From Halioglobus sp. (GTDB taxonomy: Bacteria; Pseudomonadota; Gammaproteobacteria; Pseudomonadales; Halieaceae), in contig JBLHNQ010000005.1 in the NCBI GenBank assembly GCA_047650635.1, forward strand, positions 18,942-82,941: 64,000 nt of DNA. The letters run 5' to 3'. Under the pieces are notes generated by a model. It was not told the origin of the DNA, did not search any database, and saw nothing but the letters and a program-made list of their open reading frames with translations. A program made the translations under genes and the position numbers. Shown piece by piece: positions 30,381 to 40,870 of the stretch. Within the stretch, counting starts at the first letter, position 1, and each line of letters opens with the position of its first letter.

Positions 30381-31295
30381 TCAAAGTCTCTCTGCGTCGG
30401 GAGCTGCTTGTATCGACATTACTCTGGGTATAAGGGCTGCGGACCAGTGATCAACGGAAAACTCGACGATCTCTTCAGCGTTTGTCAGTTTTGAGGGAGG
30501 CCGAGTTTGCCTCAGAAACTCAAGAGCGGCCCGAAGGTTGGCTGCTGCCAATTCGTTGTTCAGCGCCGGAGCTTGGTTTTGTTTACTGAATTTTTGTCCC
30601 TGTGCATTGCTGATAACCGGGATGTGGCAATAAGCCGGGGTAGTGTGTCCCAACCTTTGTTGTAAATACACTTGCTTTGGTGTTGTGTCGAGCAAGTCAG
30701 AGCCCCGAATAATATGGGTGATCCCCTGATAGGCATCGTCCACCACCACCGCTAGCTGGTAGGCGTAAAGGCCGTCTTTCCGGTGAATCAGGAAGTTGCC
30801 TGTATCGGGCGGCAGTGTTTGTCTACCCTGCAGTTGGTCGTGAAATTCGACACTCGCATTGAGGGAGACCTCAATGCGAGTGGCAGCCGGTCGTGTTACG
30901 CCGTGCCGATGTTCGGCGCAAGATCGCTGGCAACTGCCCATTGGTCCCAGCATAGCCCGGCTGCAGTTGCACAGGAATGTCTCACCTGCACGGTGCAATT
31001 GCGCCAGTACCTCTTTGTAGGCTGGACCTCGTTCGCTCTGCCATAGTATGTCCTCATCGGCATGTAAGCCATGGCGTTGAAGGCTTTCGAGAATGCTGGT
31101 GGCAGCGCCGGGCACTTCCCGTGGTGGGTCCAGGTCATCAATGCGCACCAGCCAGGTGCCCGAGTTTTTCCTCGCATCCAGATAGCTGGCAAGGGCGGCG
31201 ATCAACGAACCTAAATGCAATCGCCCGGTGGGGGAAGGTGCAAAGCGCCCACGATATGGGCGTTTTGAGGAAAAACGGCTGCTCGAACCAGGCAC
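30381..31295 (-). CDS. gluQ: glutamyl-Q tRNA(Asp) synthetase
   Basis: Truncated GluRS catalytic domain (RFAPSPTGRLHLGS) of 304 aa with no anticodon-binding domain; follows dksA as in E. coli. Confidence 0.88.
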   Translation of the reverse strand: MPGSSSRFSSKRPYRGRFAPSPTGRLHLGSLIAALASYLDARKNSGTWLVRIDDLDPPREVPGAATSILESLQRHGLHADEDILWQSERGPAYKEVLAQLHRAGETFLCNCSRAMLGPMGSCQRSCAEHRHGVTRPAATRIEVSLNASVEFHDQLQGRQTLPPDTGNFLIHRKDGLYAYQLAVVVDDAYQGITHIIRGSDLLDTTPKQVYLQQRLGHTTPAYCHIPVISNAQGQKFSKQNQAPALNNELAAANLRAALEFLRQTRPPSKLTNAEEIVEFSVDHWSAALIPRVMSIQAAPDAERL

Positions 31296-31322
31296 TGGGG
31301 TTGCTGATTCGGGCGGCTGGGC

Positions 31323-31766
31323 TTAGCCCATTACCTGGCGTTCCTTGATTTCGGCCAGCGTCTTGCAATCGATACACAAGGTGGCTGTCGGGCGCGCTTC
31401 AAGACGCTTGATACCGATATCTACCCCGCAGGCGTCGCAAAAGCCGTAGTCGCCCTGTTTGATGCGCTCTACCATGCTGTCAATTTTCTTGATCAGCTTG
31501 CGTTCACGATCACGTGTACGAAGTTCCAAGCTGAACTCTTCTTCCTGAGTGGCGCGGTCAGCCGGGTCTGGGAAGTTGGATGCCTCGTCTTTCATGTGAC
31601 TGACGGTACGATCCACTTCCTCCATCAGCTCACTCCTCCAGTTCTGAAGGATGCTCTTGAAGTGTTCAGATTGATTTCCATTCATATACTCTTCGCCACG
31701 CTTAGCTTTGTATGGCTCGAAGTTTTTGAACTCTGTTGTAGCTGCTTTTTTGGCTGCTCTTGGCAT
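31323..31766 (-). CDS. dksA: RNA polymerase-binding transcription factor DksA
   Basis: Coiled-coil region plus C4 zinc finger CDACG..CIDCK; 147 aa. Confidence 0.95.
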   Translation of the reverse strand: MPRAAKKAATTEFKNFEPYKAKRGEEYMNGNQSEHFKSILQNWRSELMEEVDRTVSHMKDEASNFPDPADRATQEEEFSLELRTRDRERKLIKKIDSMVERIKQGDYGFCDACGVDIGIKRLEARPTATLCIDCKTLAEIKERQVMG

Positions 31767-31955
31767 GGCTATATTTCCATACTAATTGACAATACTCACA
31801 GTGATTCTCAGGTCTTAAAATCCCCCTGAGAGCGAGGGCGGAGAAACTACCAGATTATAGTGGGGCGCGCCACTATTAAAGTGAATATTTATCGATGTCT
31901 GACAAGTGGTCAGTGCAGTTGCTAAGATGGTCACTTGCGGAATCAGGGTAGAGCA

Positions 31956-32702
31956 ATGAAATTTGGTGAATTAACGCAAGCAGTGCTGGTGAGGCGATAT
32001 AAACGGTTTTTGGCGGATGTGGAATTACCCGGTGGTGAAGTCATTACAGTTCACTGTCCTAATACCGGTGCAATGACGGGCTGTGCAGAGCCTGGTTCCA
32101 GGGTCTGGCTGTCGCGCAGTGCGGTTAAAACGCGGAAATACCCCCATACCTGGGAGTTGGTTGAAACCGCTGTGGGAATGGCCTGCATACATTCGGCCAA
32201 GGCCAATCAGGTGGTGCGTGAAGCCTTTGAGTCAGGATTGATACCCGGCTTTGAGGCTTACCCCAATGTTCGCTCAGAGGTAAAGTACGGAGAGAGCAGT
32301 CGCGCTGATTTACTGTTGGAGGGCGAGTCAGGCCGCGTATTTGTCGAAGTAAAGTCGGTTACTTTGTTGCGGGAGGCCGCCCAGGGGGCGTTTCCAGATG
32401 CTGTCAGTGAGCGCGGGCGTAAACATCTGGACGAATTGCTGGCCATCTGCGACAAAACCACACGCGCAGTTATGTTTTTCTGCGTTTTTCATGAGGGTAT
32501 CCAGTCAGTCAGTGCCGCGGGCGATATCGATCCGCGTTATCGAGAGGCGCTGCTGCGAGCCATGACCGGCGGCGTAGAGGTAGTGGCCTGGCGAGCGCGC
32601 ATTACCTCCTCTGAAATTCGGCTCACAAAGGAGCTGCCGTTCTCTGTGGACCGGGTCTGTGCACAAAGGGTAGATGGCAACGTGGGAGTGCAAGCCCCGT
32701 GA
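31956..32702 (+). CDS. sfsA: sugar fermentation stimulation protein SfsA
   Basis: RYKRFLADV...HCPNTGAM...VEVKSVTL motifs. ATG at 31956 preferred. Confidence 0.88.
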   Translation: MKFGELTQAVLVRRYKRFLADVELPGGEVITVHCPNTGAMTGCAEPGSRVWLSRSAVKTRKYPHTWELVETAVGMACIHSAKANQVVREAFESGLIPGFEAYPNVRSEVKYGESSRADLLLEGESGRVFVEVKSVTLLREAAQGAFPDAVSERGRKHLDELLAICDKTTRAVMFFCVFHEGIQSVSAAGDIDPRYREALLRAMTGGVEVVAWRARITSSEIRLTKELPFSVDRVCAQRVDGNVGVQAP

Positions 32703-33436
32703 CGCAATTATCGGCTTCCCGGTTGACCGCTGAACAGTTGACCGGTCGCAGCGAATCTCATCTGAGCCGCATGAATTGCGGGCATAGCATGCAGGCTGAG
32801 GCTGCCTGGGCTTTTGCGCAACTGCAAGGCGACGCGCGAGAGGCGGGTTTTGATTTAGCTATTGTGAGTGCGTTTCGCTCTTTCGAGCGTCAGCTTGCTA
32901 TCTGGAATGGCAAGGCCAGCGGCCAGAGGCCTATTCACGATGACTCTGGGAGCCCGCTTAACATCAGCGAATGGTCAGCGGATGAATTAGTGCACGCCAT
33001 TATGCGTTTTTCTGCATTGCCGGGTACATCGCGGCATCATTGGGGAAGCGATGTCGATGTGTACGATCAGGCGGCAGTAAGTGAAGATTATGCGGTGCAA
33101 CTGGTGCCCATTGAAGTTGCAGCCGGGGGTGTTTTTGACGCAATGCACTGTTGGTTGGATGAGCGCATTGTTATGGATGAGTCGCACGGTTTCTTTCGTC
33201 CCTATGCCAGTGATAACGGCGGCGTTGCGGTTGAGCGCTGGCATCTCAGTTATGCGCCGTTGTCACTCGGGTGTGCACAGCAATTAACAGCGGCGCTTGT
33301 AAGTGAGTGCTGGAACAGTTGCGAGGAGACGCTTCTGCTGCGAAAGGAATTGGATGCGCAATTGCCGAGTATTATAGAGCGCTACCTTGCAGTTGAAGAG
33401 AGTTGGTGTCCCGCCAGATATAACGCAGATAAATGA
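32699..33436 (+). CDS. M15-family zinc D,D-/L,D-carboxypeptidase (VanY/LAS-like)
   Basis: SRHHWGSDVD matches SxHxxGxAxD; a later ERWH provides the distal His. GTG start overlaps the sfsA stop by 4 nt. Confidence 0.7.
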   Translation: MTQLSASRLTAEQLTGRSESHLSRMNCGHSMQAEAAWAFAQLQGDAREAGFDLAIVSAFRSFERQLAIWNGKASGQRPIHDDSGSPLNISEWSADELVHAIMRFSALPGTSRHHWGSDVDVYDQAAVSEDYAVQLVPIEVAAGGVFDAMHCWLDERIVMDESHGFFRPYASDNGGVAVERWHLSYAPLSLGCAQQLTAALVSECWNSCEETLLLRKELDAQLPSIIERYLAVEESWCPARYNADK

Positions 33437-33474
33437 CCGAGGTGGAGTGCTTACGCGCAACCTGGATGTAAAAA

Positions 33475-33512
33475 GAAGCCGTCACCCGCGTTAGCGGATG
33501 ACGGCTTCTTTA
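33475..33512. terminator. bidirectional hairpin terminator between the M15 peptidase gene and ppa
   Basis: gaagccgtca-N14-tgacggcttc, flanked by A-run and T-run. Confidence 0.7.
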
Positions 33513-33550
33513 ATACAAGAGAGCTGTTAACAGAGCTAAACTGTCAGCTT

Positions 33551-34090
33551 TTAGCGCGCTTCCTTGTTTTCAAACAGTTTAACTGAGTCGATAATGGCTT
33601 TACGCGCATCTGCCGCAGTGCCCCATCCATCCACTTTTACCCATTTTCCGTCTTCAAGGTCTTTGTAGTGCTCGAAGAAATGCGTGATCTGTTGAATTAA
33701 CAGCGGTGGCAGGTCAGTTGCTTCTTTTACGTCTTTGTATAGCGGGCTGAGTTGGTTCACGGGTACTGCAATAAGTTTGGCATCTTCGCCAGCTTCATCA
33801 CTCATTTGCAAAATGCCCACCGGGCGGCAGCGAATAACACAGCCGCTGACAACGGTGTGTGGTGTGTGGACCAGTACGTCCAGTGGGTCACCATCATCGG
33901 CCAAGGTGTTTGGGATATAGCCGTAGTTGCAAGGGTAGAACATTGCGGCAGACATAAACCGGTCGACCATGATGGCGCCGCTTTCGTGATCGACTTCATA
34001 TTTGACTGGGTCGGAGTGAGCGGGTACTTCAATGATGACGTTAATGTCGTCCGGTAAATTTTTACCGGCGATGACAGAATTCAAACTCAT
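33551..34090 (-). CDS. ppa: inorganic pyrophosphatase (family I)
   Basis: [18 protein letters not shown] and other family I PPase motifs; 179 aa. Confidence 0.95.
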   Translation of the reverse strand: MSLNSVIAGKNLPDDINVIIEVPAHSDPVKYEVDHESGAIMVDRFMSAAMFYPCNYGYIPNTLADDGDPLDVLVHTPHTVVSGCVIRCRPVGILQMSDEAGEDAKLIAVPVNQLSPLYKDVKEATDLPPLLIQQITHFFEHYKDLEDGKWVKVDGWGTAADARKAIIDSVKLFENKEAR

Positions 34091-34182
34091 AGTTTTGCCT
34101 GTTTACAGTGTTGGTGGATTTTTGGGGTGCGCAGTATACCAGCTACCGGCAGTAGATGTTATAGCCTCTTGGCGGTCAGTAC

Positions 34183-35445
34183 TTATACAACGAAGCTGTT
34201 CTTCAGTTTTTTTGGTACGGCCACATTTTTCAGGCGAACATATTGGGGTAGTCCCTTACTGTAGGGCGGGTAGGCTTCTCCGGCAATGAGTGGCTGCAGG
34301 TACGCCCTGGCCTCTTCTGTGATGCCAAAACCGTCCCGTGAAATATAGCTACGCGGCATCATTTTTTCTTCATTCGCCACTTTTTCCAGAGGAGCCTCAC
34401 CGATGGACCAACTGTAGCGCTTACCTTTGCCGCGTACGATGGCTGGCATTATGGCGTTTTTGCCCTCCAGGGCTAATTTGACTGCGGCTGCGCCCACGGC
34501 ATAAGCCTGCTCGACATCGGTAGTGGAGGCGATATGTCTTGCCGAGCGCTGTAGGTAGTCTGCGACTGCCCAGTGGTATTTGAACCCCAACTCCGATTTG
34601 ATCATATCGGCGAGGGTGGGAGCGAGCCCGCCCAATTGATGGTGGCCAAAGGCGTCTTTGTGGCTGGAGCCTGCCAGTAATGTACCGTCTTTATATTTTG
34701 CACCCTCTGAGGCGACAATGACGCAAAAACCGTGTTGCTTAACGCAGCGTTTTACCTTGGCCACAAATTTCTTCGGGTTAAAGGCGATTTCGGGAAAGAG
34801 AATGATGTGCGGTGCGTCGCCCTCATGTTCGGCTGCCAGGCCTCCGGCTGCAGCAATCCATCCTGCATGGCGCCCCATCACTTCGAGAATAAAAACCTTG
34901 GTGGAAGTTTCGCACATGGAGGCCACATCCATAGCGGCTTCGCGTGTTGAAATAGCGATATATTTGGCCACCGAACCAAAGCCGGGGCAGTTATCGGTGA
35001 GGGGCAGGTCGTTGTCTATGGTCTTGGGAATGTGGATAGCCTGCAGGGGGTAGCCCATGGTTTTGCTAAGCTGCGAGACCTTCAGGCAGGTGTCGGCAGA
35101 ATCGCCGCCGCCATTGTAAAAAAAATAGCCAATGTTGTGCGCTTTGAAGACCTCGATAAGCCGTTCATATTCAGCGCGGTTTTCTTCCAGGCTTTTCAAC
35201 TTGTGACGACAGGAGCCAAACGCCCCCGACGGTGTGTTGCGCAATTGGGCAATGGCCGATTTGCTCTCTTTGCTGGTGTCAATCAGGTCTTCGCGCAGTG
35301 CGCCGATAATACCGTTGCGCCCCGCGTAGACCTTGCCAATGGCTTGTTTGTTGTCGCGGGCAGTTTCTATAACGCCTGCAGCGGAGGCGTTAATGACGGC
35401 GGTTACGCCACCAGACTGGGCGTAAAATGCGTTTCTTTTTGGCAT
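34183..35445 (-). CDS. 6-phosphofructokinase, about 420-aa PfkA-family form (possibly PPi-dependent)
   Basis: SGGVTAVINASAAG, NGGGDSAD and PKTIDNDL motifs. ATG at 35445 (MPKRNAFYAQSGG) preferred over the longer ORF. Phosphoryl-donor specificity cannot be read from the sequence with confidence. Confidence 0.75.
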   Translation of the reverse strand: MPKRNAFYAQSGGVTAVINASAAGVIETARDNKQAIGKVYAGRNGIIGALREDLIDTSKESKSAIAQLRNTPSGAFGSCRHKLKSLEENRAEYERLIEVFKAHNIGYFFYNGGGDSADTCLKVSQLSKTMGYPLQAIHIPKTIDNDLPLTDNCPGFGSVAKYIAISTREAAMDVASMCETSTKVFILEVMGRHAGWIAAAGGLAAEHEGDAPHIILFPEIAFNPKKFVAKVKRCVKQHGFCVIVASEGAKYKDGTLLAGSSHKDAFGHHQLGGLAPTLADMIKSELGFKYHWAVADYLQRSARHIASTTDVEQAYAVGAAAVKLALEGKNAIMPAIVRGKGKRYSWSIGEAPLEKVANEEKMMPRSYISRDGFGITEEARAYLQPLIAGEAYPPYSKGLPQYVRLKNVAVPKKLKNSFVV

Positions 35446-35646
35446 ATGAATGTGATCCGTGGCGAGGCCTGATGGCCTGCTCCCATCGTTGAATGTTGTA
35501 GTGGGGTGACGTTGGTAGATGATACGGCAATAAGGTGGGTGTGTGGACATTACAGAACGGTAATTTGGCCAACGGCTCTACATTTGGGTACATGGATTTG
35601 ATGCTGTGCGTGATATCATGTGGCGCATAATTTTTAGGGGTGAGAT

Positions 35647-37035
35647 TTGAAAGGTCATATTCATATTCTGGGCATCTGTGGCACCTTTATGGGTGGCATT
35701 GCTCTGCTGGCACGTGAGCTGGGTTATACGGTGACCGGCTCAGATGCCAACGTGTATCCCCCCATGAGCACCCAGCTGGAAGCTGCGGGCATTGCATTGA
35801 TGGAGGGCTATAGCCCCCACCACCTGCAACCCGCACCCGATTGTGTCATAGTAGGCAATGCTATGACCCGCGGTAATCCCGCAGTGGAGTATGTCCTCAA
35901 TTCTGGCATGGCCTATACATCAGGGCCCCAATGGCTGGCTGAAAACCTGTTGCGTGAAAAATGGGTTTTGGCCGTGTCCGGCACTCACGGCAAAACGACT
36001 ACCAGCAGTATGCTGGCCTGGATACTGGAATATGCAGGCATGTCTCCCGGCTTTTTGATTGGCGGCGTGCCGGCCAATTTTGGCCTCTCTGCAAGAGGTG
36101 GGGAGTCCGATTTCTTCGTGGTCGAGGCGGACGAGTACGATACGGCCTTTTTTGACAAGCGAAGCAAGTTTTTACACTATCGCCCCCGCACACTTACAAT
36201 CAACAATCTCGAGTTTGATCACGCTGACATCTTCGACAACCTGGCCGCTATTCAACGGCAATTTCACCACCTGCTGCGCTGTGTTCCTGGAGAGGGGCTT
36301 GTGGTGTATCCCGAGGGCGTGACGGCGATTGAGCAAATGCTGGACATGGGATGCTGGAGTGCCAAGTCGTCTTTTACCGTTGGCAACGTCAACGAACAAG
36401 GTGTAGAGGCGCCGCAATGGCGCGCCGATCTTCTGGCTGACGATGGTTCCAAATTTCTTATTTATTGTGGCAATGACGCCCCCGTTGAAATTTCCTGGCT
36501 TTACTGTGGTCTACATAACGTGGAAAACGCATTGGCAGCTGTTGCTGCAGCGCGGCACGTCGGTGTGCCACTAAAAGTGGCAGCACAGGCATTGACGGAA
36601 TTTAAAGGTGTTAAACGCCGCCTGGAATTACTGGGGTGCGTGAGGGATATTTCGGTTTACGATGATTTTGCCCACCACCCTACAGCGATCGAAATGACCC
36701 TGCAGGGTTTGCGAGCTCGCGGCGGGGGTGGCCGTTTAATTGCCATGATAGAGCCTCGCTCCAACACCATGCGCATGGGTGAGCATAGGAAAAAGCTGGC
36801 TGCTGCGACTGCCGCGGCAGATGAAGTTTTCTGGTTTCAACCTCCGGGCATGGATTGGCCTATGGAAAGTATTATTGAGTCCAGCAGCGTGCCCACAACC
36901 TTGTGTAATGAAGTGGATGAGCTTGTGCAGCAGGTAGCTGCCAGTGCCAGACCCGGCGATCAGGTGGTTATAATGAGTAATGGCAGCTTCAGCGGTGTTC
37001 ACCAAAAACTACTCGCCCAATTGCGCTTGAGCTAA
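35647..37035 (+). CDS. mpl: UDP-N-acetylmuramate:L-alanyl-gamma-D-glutamyl-meso-DAP ligase
   Basis: HILGICGTFMGG and GTHGKTTTS Mur-ligase motifs; 462 aa; TTG start. Confidence 0.88.
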   Translation: MKGHIHILGICGTFMGGIALLARELGYTVTGSDANVYPPMSTQLEAAGIALMEGYSPHHLQPAPDCVIVGNAMTRGNPAVEYVLNSGMAYTSGPQWLAENLLREKWVLAVSGTHGKTTTSSMLAWILEYAGMSPGFLIGGVPANFGLSARGGESDFFVVEADEYDTAFFDKRSKFLHYRPRTLTINNLEFDHADIFDNLAAIQRQFHHLLRCVPGEGLVVYPEGVTAIEQMLDMGCWSAKSSFTVGNVNEQGVEAPQWRADLLADDGSKFLIYCGNDAPVEISWLYCGLHNVENALAAVAAARHVGVPLKVAAQALTEFKGVKRRLELLGCVRDISVYDDFAHHPTAIEMTLQGLRARGGGGRLIAMIEPRSNTMRMGEHRKKLAAATAAADEVFWFQPPGMDWPMESIIESSSVPTTLCNEVDELVQQVAASARPGDQVVIMSNGSFSGVHQKLLAQLRLS

Positions 37036-37042
37036 GCTGACT

Positions 37043-39640
37043 ATGTCTATTCCCTTGCTTCCGACTTACGATCGAATTGTGCTGGGCAACCCCGTTATTT
37101 CACTGTTGATAATGTTGCTTATTGTGATGGGCTTTGCTACTCAGTTGGGGAAAATAACCCTCGATGCGTCAGCTGATTCGCTGCTGCTGCAGGGCGACCC
37201 ATCACTGGAATATTTTCGCGAAATAAGCCGCGAGTACAATTCTGAAGATTTCGTGCTGATAACCTGGCAACCGAAGTCAGGTCTGCTCGAACCAGAATCT
37301 CTCGAGCCAATGGGGATGTTGGCTGAGGAGTTACGGCAGTTGCCAGGCGTGTCTTCTGTGGTGACTGTGTTGGATGTCCCTCTACTTGAAAGCCCGCGTG
37401 TGAGCCTGTCGGATATTACTTCCGGTGCGCCTCTTGCGACCTTGAGCGACCCCGACACAGACCGGGTTCTGGCGTTTAAAGAGCTGACTACCAGCCCTAT
37501 CTATGCCGACCTGCTGGCCAGCAGGGATGGCACAGTGAGTGCCGTGCAGGTCAATTTGGAGCGTAATGAGTACCACAATGATTTGCTCTACCAGCGTCAG
37601 GATCTGCGTAAAAAGCGTGATGAGCAGGGTCTCTCCAGCTCTGAGGAGAAGGTTTTGGCTGAAGTGGAAACCGCCTATAAGCTCGAGACCGCAGTGGCGT
37701 TAGCGCGGGGCGAGGCATTCGTGGCCAGCGTGCGCAGTATTGCCGCGCAATATGGCCAGTATGCGGATCTCTTTGTCGGCGGTCTTCCAATGATAACTGC
37801 CGATATGGTCAGCTTTGTGCGCAGCGATCTTAAATTATTTGGCACATCCATCCTGGGTATCATGGCTGCGGTACTCGTGGTTATTTTTCGCCGTCTCCGC
37901 TGGGTAGTGATTCCTCTGGTCACTTGCTTGAGCAGTCTGGTCATTATGCTTGGTCTTTTAGGTGCTTTGGACTGGCGCATGACGGTAATCTCTTCAAACT
38001 TTGTTGCGGTGTTGTTGATTATTGCCATGTCGCTGGCGATTCATCTGGTGGTTCGCTACCGCGAATTTGACGGTCAGAACCCTGAGGGAGATTTGCACGA
38101 GCGCGTGTTGGCGACTGTGCAGACAATGATTGTGCCCTGTACTTTTACCGCTGCCACAACCATCGTAGCGTTTGCTTCGCTGGTTGTGTCGGGACTTCAG
38201 CCCGTCATCGATTTCGGTTGGATGATGACAGTGGGTATTGCGGTGGTGCTACCCGTGTCTTTTGTTCTGGTGCCCTGTTTGATTTTGGCTTGGCCAAAAG
38301 GTCGGCCTTTTAAGCGTTTGCATACCCGCGAGCCCCTCACCATACATTTTGCCCGAATAACCGATCATCATGGCGGTTTGGTGCTGGCCGTCAGTGGCTT
38401 GCTGGTATTGTTAACGGTTTACGGAATATCAAAGCTGGTTGTAGAGAACCGCTTTATCGATTACTTCCACGAGTCCACAGAAATTTACCAGGGAATGAAA
38501 CTGCTGGATGAAAAGCTGGGCGGCACCATACCGCTGGATATTGTAATTACTGCGCCAAACTTTGATGACTTGCCCGTAGTTGCTGTACCCCCTGTGCCAA
38601 CAAAGCTCGGTGCGCAATCGATGGCTGTGGCAGAAGACAATTCGTTTGCAGAGGATGACGGGTTTTCTGATGACGACTGGGGCGATAATGGTTTTGACGT
38701 TGGCTTCAACAGTGGCACAGAAGAATCCTTCACTCCCAGTTATTGGTTCAGCCTGGCAGGTATGCGCGAACTGGATGCAGTACACAACTATATCGACTCC
38801 CTACCAGAGACCGGGAAGGTGCTTTCACTTTTTACCATCTTTGAGGTGGTAAAGACCTTGATCGGTGACGATATAGGCGGTGTGGAGTTGGCTCTGGTGG
38901 AGAAAAGTCTGCCCGAGGACATCAAGGGCATGATGGTTGACCCTTATTTTTCAAAAGCGCGTGAGGAGGCACGCATAACCGTGCGCATCATGGAGACCAG
39001 CAAAAGTCTGCATCGCGATGAGTTCTTGACCAAGGTGCGTGCACATCTTGTCGATGAGATCGGTTTTGCACCGGAGCAGGTTCATTTGACGGGCATGTTG
39101 GTCATGTACAACAATGTACTGCAGAGCCTTTTTCGCTCGCAAATACTCACTCTGGGGGCTGTTTTTGTCGCTATCTTGTTGATGTTTATGCTTTTATTCC
39201 GGTCTTTCTGGTTGGCACTGATTACTCTGGCACCCAATTTATTAGCCGCGGGTATGGTGCTGGGTGTAATGGGGCTTGTGGGCATCCCTCTGGATATCAT
39301 GACCATCACCATAGCGGCCATTGTTCTGGGTATTGGCGTGGATGACTGTATCCACTATGTACATCGCTTTGGAAAAGAGTTCGCAGCGGACAGAAACTAT
39401 AGAGCCACCATGTATCGTTGCCATCATAGTATTGGGCGCGCACTTTATTACACTACAGTGACTGTGGTCGTTGGTTTTTCTGTGCTCACCTTGTCTAACT
39501 TTAAACCTAGTATTTACTTCGGTCTGCTCACGGTGTTGGCCATGGTCACCGCTGTGATCGGCGCGCTCATGTTGTTGCCGCAGCTGATTATAGCGTTTAA
39601 GCCGTTGGGCCCCGAGGCGGAGTTGCACGCAGATGAGTAG
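37043..39640 (+). CDS. RND-superfamily exporter (MMPL/SSD-type, COG1033-like)
   Basis: 865 aa with two blocks of about 6 TM helices, each preceded by a large periplasmic loop. Confidence 0.75.
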   Translation: MSIPLLPTYDRIVLGNPVISLLIMLLIVMGFATQLGKITLDASADSLLLQGDPSLEYFREISREYNSEDFVLITWQPKSGLLEPESLEPMGMLAEELRQLPGVSSVVTVLDVPLLESPRVSLSDITSGAPLATLSDPDTDRVLAFKELTTSPIYADLLASRDGTVSAVQVNLERNEYHNDLLYQRQDLRKKRDEQGLSSSEEKVLAEVETAYKLETAVALARGEAFVASVRSIAAQYGQYADLFVGGLPMITADMVSFVRSDLKLFGTSILGIMAAVLVVIFRRLRWVVIPLVTCLSSLVIMLGLLGALDWRMTVISSNFVAVLLIIAMSLAIHLVVRYREFDGQNPEGDLHERVLATVQTMIVPCTFTAATTIVAFASLVVSGLQPVIDFGWMMTVGIAVVLPVSFVLVPCLILAWPKGRPFKRLHTREPLTIHFARITDHHGGLVLAVSGLLVLLTVYGISKLVVENRFIDYFHESTEIYQGMKLLDEKLGGTIPLDIVITAPNFDDLPVVAVPPVPTKLGAQSMAVAEDNSFAEDDGFSDDDWGDNGFDVGFNSGTEESFTPSYWFSLAGMRELDAVHNYIDSLPETGKVLSLFTIFEVVKTLIGDDIGGVELALVEKSLPEDIKGMMVDPYFSKAREEARITVRIMETSKSLHRDEFLTKVRAHLVDEIGFAPEQVHLTGMLVMYNNVLQSLFRSQILTLGAVFVAILLMFMLLFRSFWLALITLAPNLLAAGMVLGVMGLVGIPLDIMTITIAAIVLGIGVDDCIHYVHRFGKEFAADRNYRATMYRCHHSIGRALYYTTVTVVVGFSVLTLSNFKPSIYFGLLTVLAMVTAVIGALMLLPQLIIAFKPLGPEAELHADE

Positions 39641-40238
39641 TGAGCCCGATAGAGAAATACCCTTGTTCCCACTGTCGTCGGTTCTGTTGCCATACGGCAA
39701 GTTGTCCTTAAAGATATTTGAGCAGCGTTATCTCGACCTGGTACGCAGTTGCATGAAATCTGACAGCGGTTTTGGCGTTGTCTGGATACGCCAGGGGAGT
39801 GAGGTTGTGGGTACAACCGGCTCCAAATTGGAGCTGGGTAAACATGGTACCTACGCCAAAATTATCGATTGGGACCAGCTTCCCAACGGTTTACTGGGGG
39901 TTACCATAGAAGGGCAGCATACTTTTTCTGTTATCCAAACGCGCACGTCGGCATCCAGTGCGATATTTGCCCAGGCAAGTTTTTGCGATGCCCCCGTGAA
40001 GGTGCCGCTGTTACCGCAATGGAATTCGCTGGCAGGTGTGTTGCGGGGTCTGCAAACGCATCCACACGTCCAGCGCATGAATCTGAACATTGATTATGAT
40101 AATGCCTGGGAGGTTGGCTACAATTTGATACAACTGCTGCCTCTGGAAGAGCAGCTTAAGTATGAGTTACAGGGGGCTGGCTCGCTGGAGACTATGATGG
40201 GTGGTCTGGACGTAACCTTAAACGAAATCAGCGGCTAG
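39633..40238 (+). CDS. Lon N-terminal (LON substrate-binding) domain-only protein
   Basis: [29 protein letters not shown] is the typical Lon-N start; 201 aa; 8-nt overlap with the exporter gene (ATGAGTAG). Confidence 0.75.
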   Translation: MSSEPDREIPLFPLSSVLLPYGKLSLKIFEQRYLDLVRSCMKSDSGFGVVWIRQGSEVVGTTGSKLELGKHGTYAKIIDWDQLPNGLLGVTIEGQHTFSVIQTRTSASSAIFAQASFCDAPVKVPLLPQWNSLAGVLRGLQTHPHVQRMNLNIDYDNAWEVGYNLIQLLPLEEQLKYELQGAGSLETMMGGLDVTLNEISG

Positions 40239-40870
40239 TCAAAAGACGGTATCCACCCGCCACATTCCTTCCAACGGTTCACAATATCGCAAAATAACTC
40301 AGCCGTTCTCTCGGCATCGTAGGCAGCACTGTGCGCCTCCGCATTATCGAAATTGATGCCGGCTTCCGCGCAGGCCTTGGCGAGCACCGTCTGCCCAAAG
40401 GCGAGGCCACCCAGCGTGGCTGTATCAAAGAAGGAAAAAGGGTGAAACGGATTGCGTTTGATGCCGCATCGCTCGACTGCAGCATTAACAAAGCCGGCAT
40501 CGAAGTGGGCATTATGGCCAACCAAGACGGCGCGGCTGCAATTCTGATCTTTCATTTCTTTGCGTATTACTTTGAACAATTCGGTGAGAGCTTCGTGCTC
40601 GTCTACCGCCTCGCGAAAGGGGTGGTAGGGGTCAATGCCGGTGAAGTCGAGAGAAGCCTGCTCGATGTTGGCACCCTCGAAGGGCTTTACCAGAAAGTTG
40701 TAGGTGCGATGAACTGAGAGTTGGCCGTCTTCGTCCATGCGTATGATGGTGCCGGCAATTTCGAGCATTGCATCGGTGCTGGCGTTGAACCCACCTGTTT
40801 CTATATCGACAATAACGGGCAAAAAGCCGCGAAAGCGGTTGCAAATTTGTTGGTCGGAAGAAAAGTTCAA
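40235..40870 (-). CDS. rnt: ribonuclease T
   Basis: [17 protein letters not shown] and [14 protein letters not shown] DEDDh motifs; 211 aa. Confidence 0.92.
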   Translation of the reverse strand: MNFSSDQQICNRFRGFLPVIVDIETGGFNASTDAMLEIAGTIIRMDEDGQLSVHRTYNFLVKPFEGANIEQASLDFTGIDPYHPFREAVDEHEALTELFKVIRKEMKDQNCSRAVLVGHNAHFDAGFVNAAVERCGIKRNPFHPFSFFDTATLGGLAFGQTVLAKACAEAGINFDNAEAHSAAYDAERTAELFCDIVNRWKECGGWIPSFD

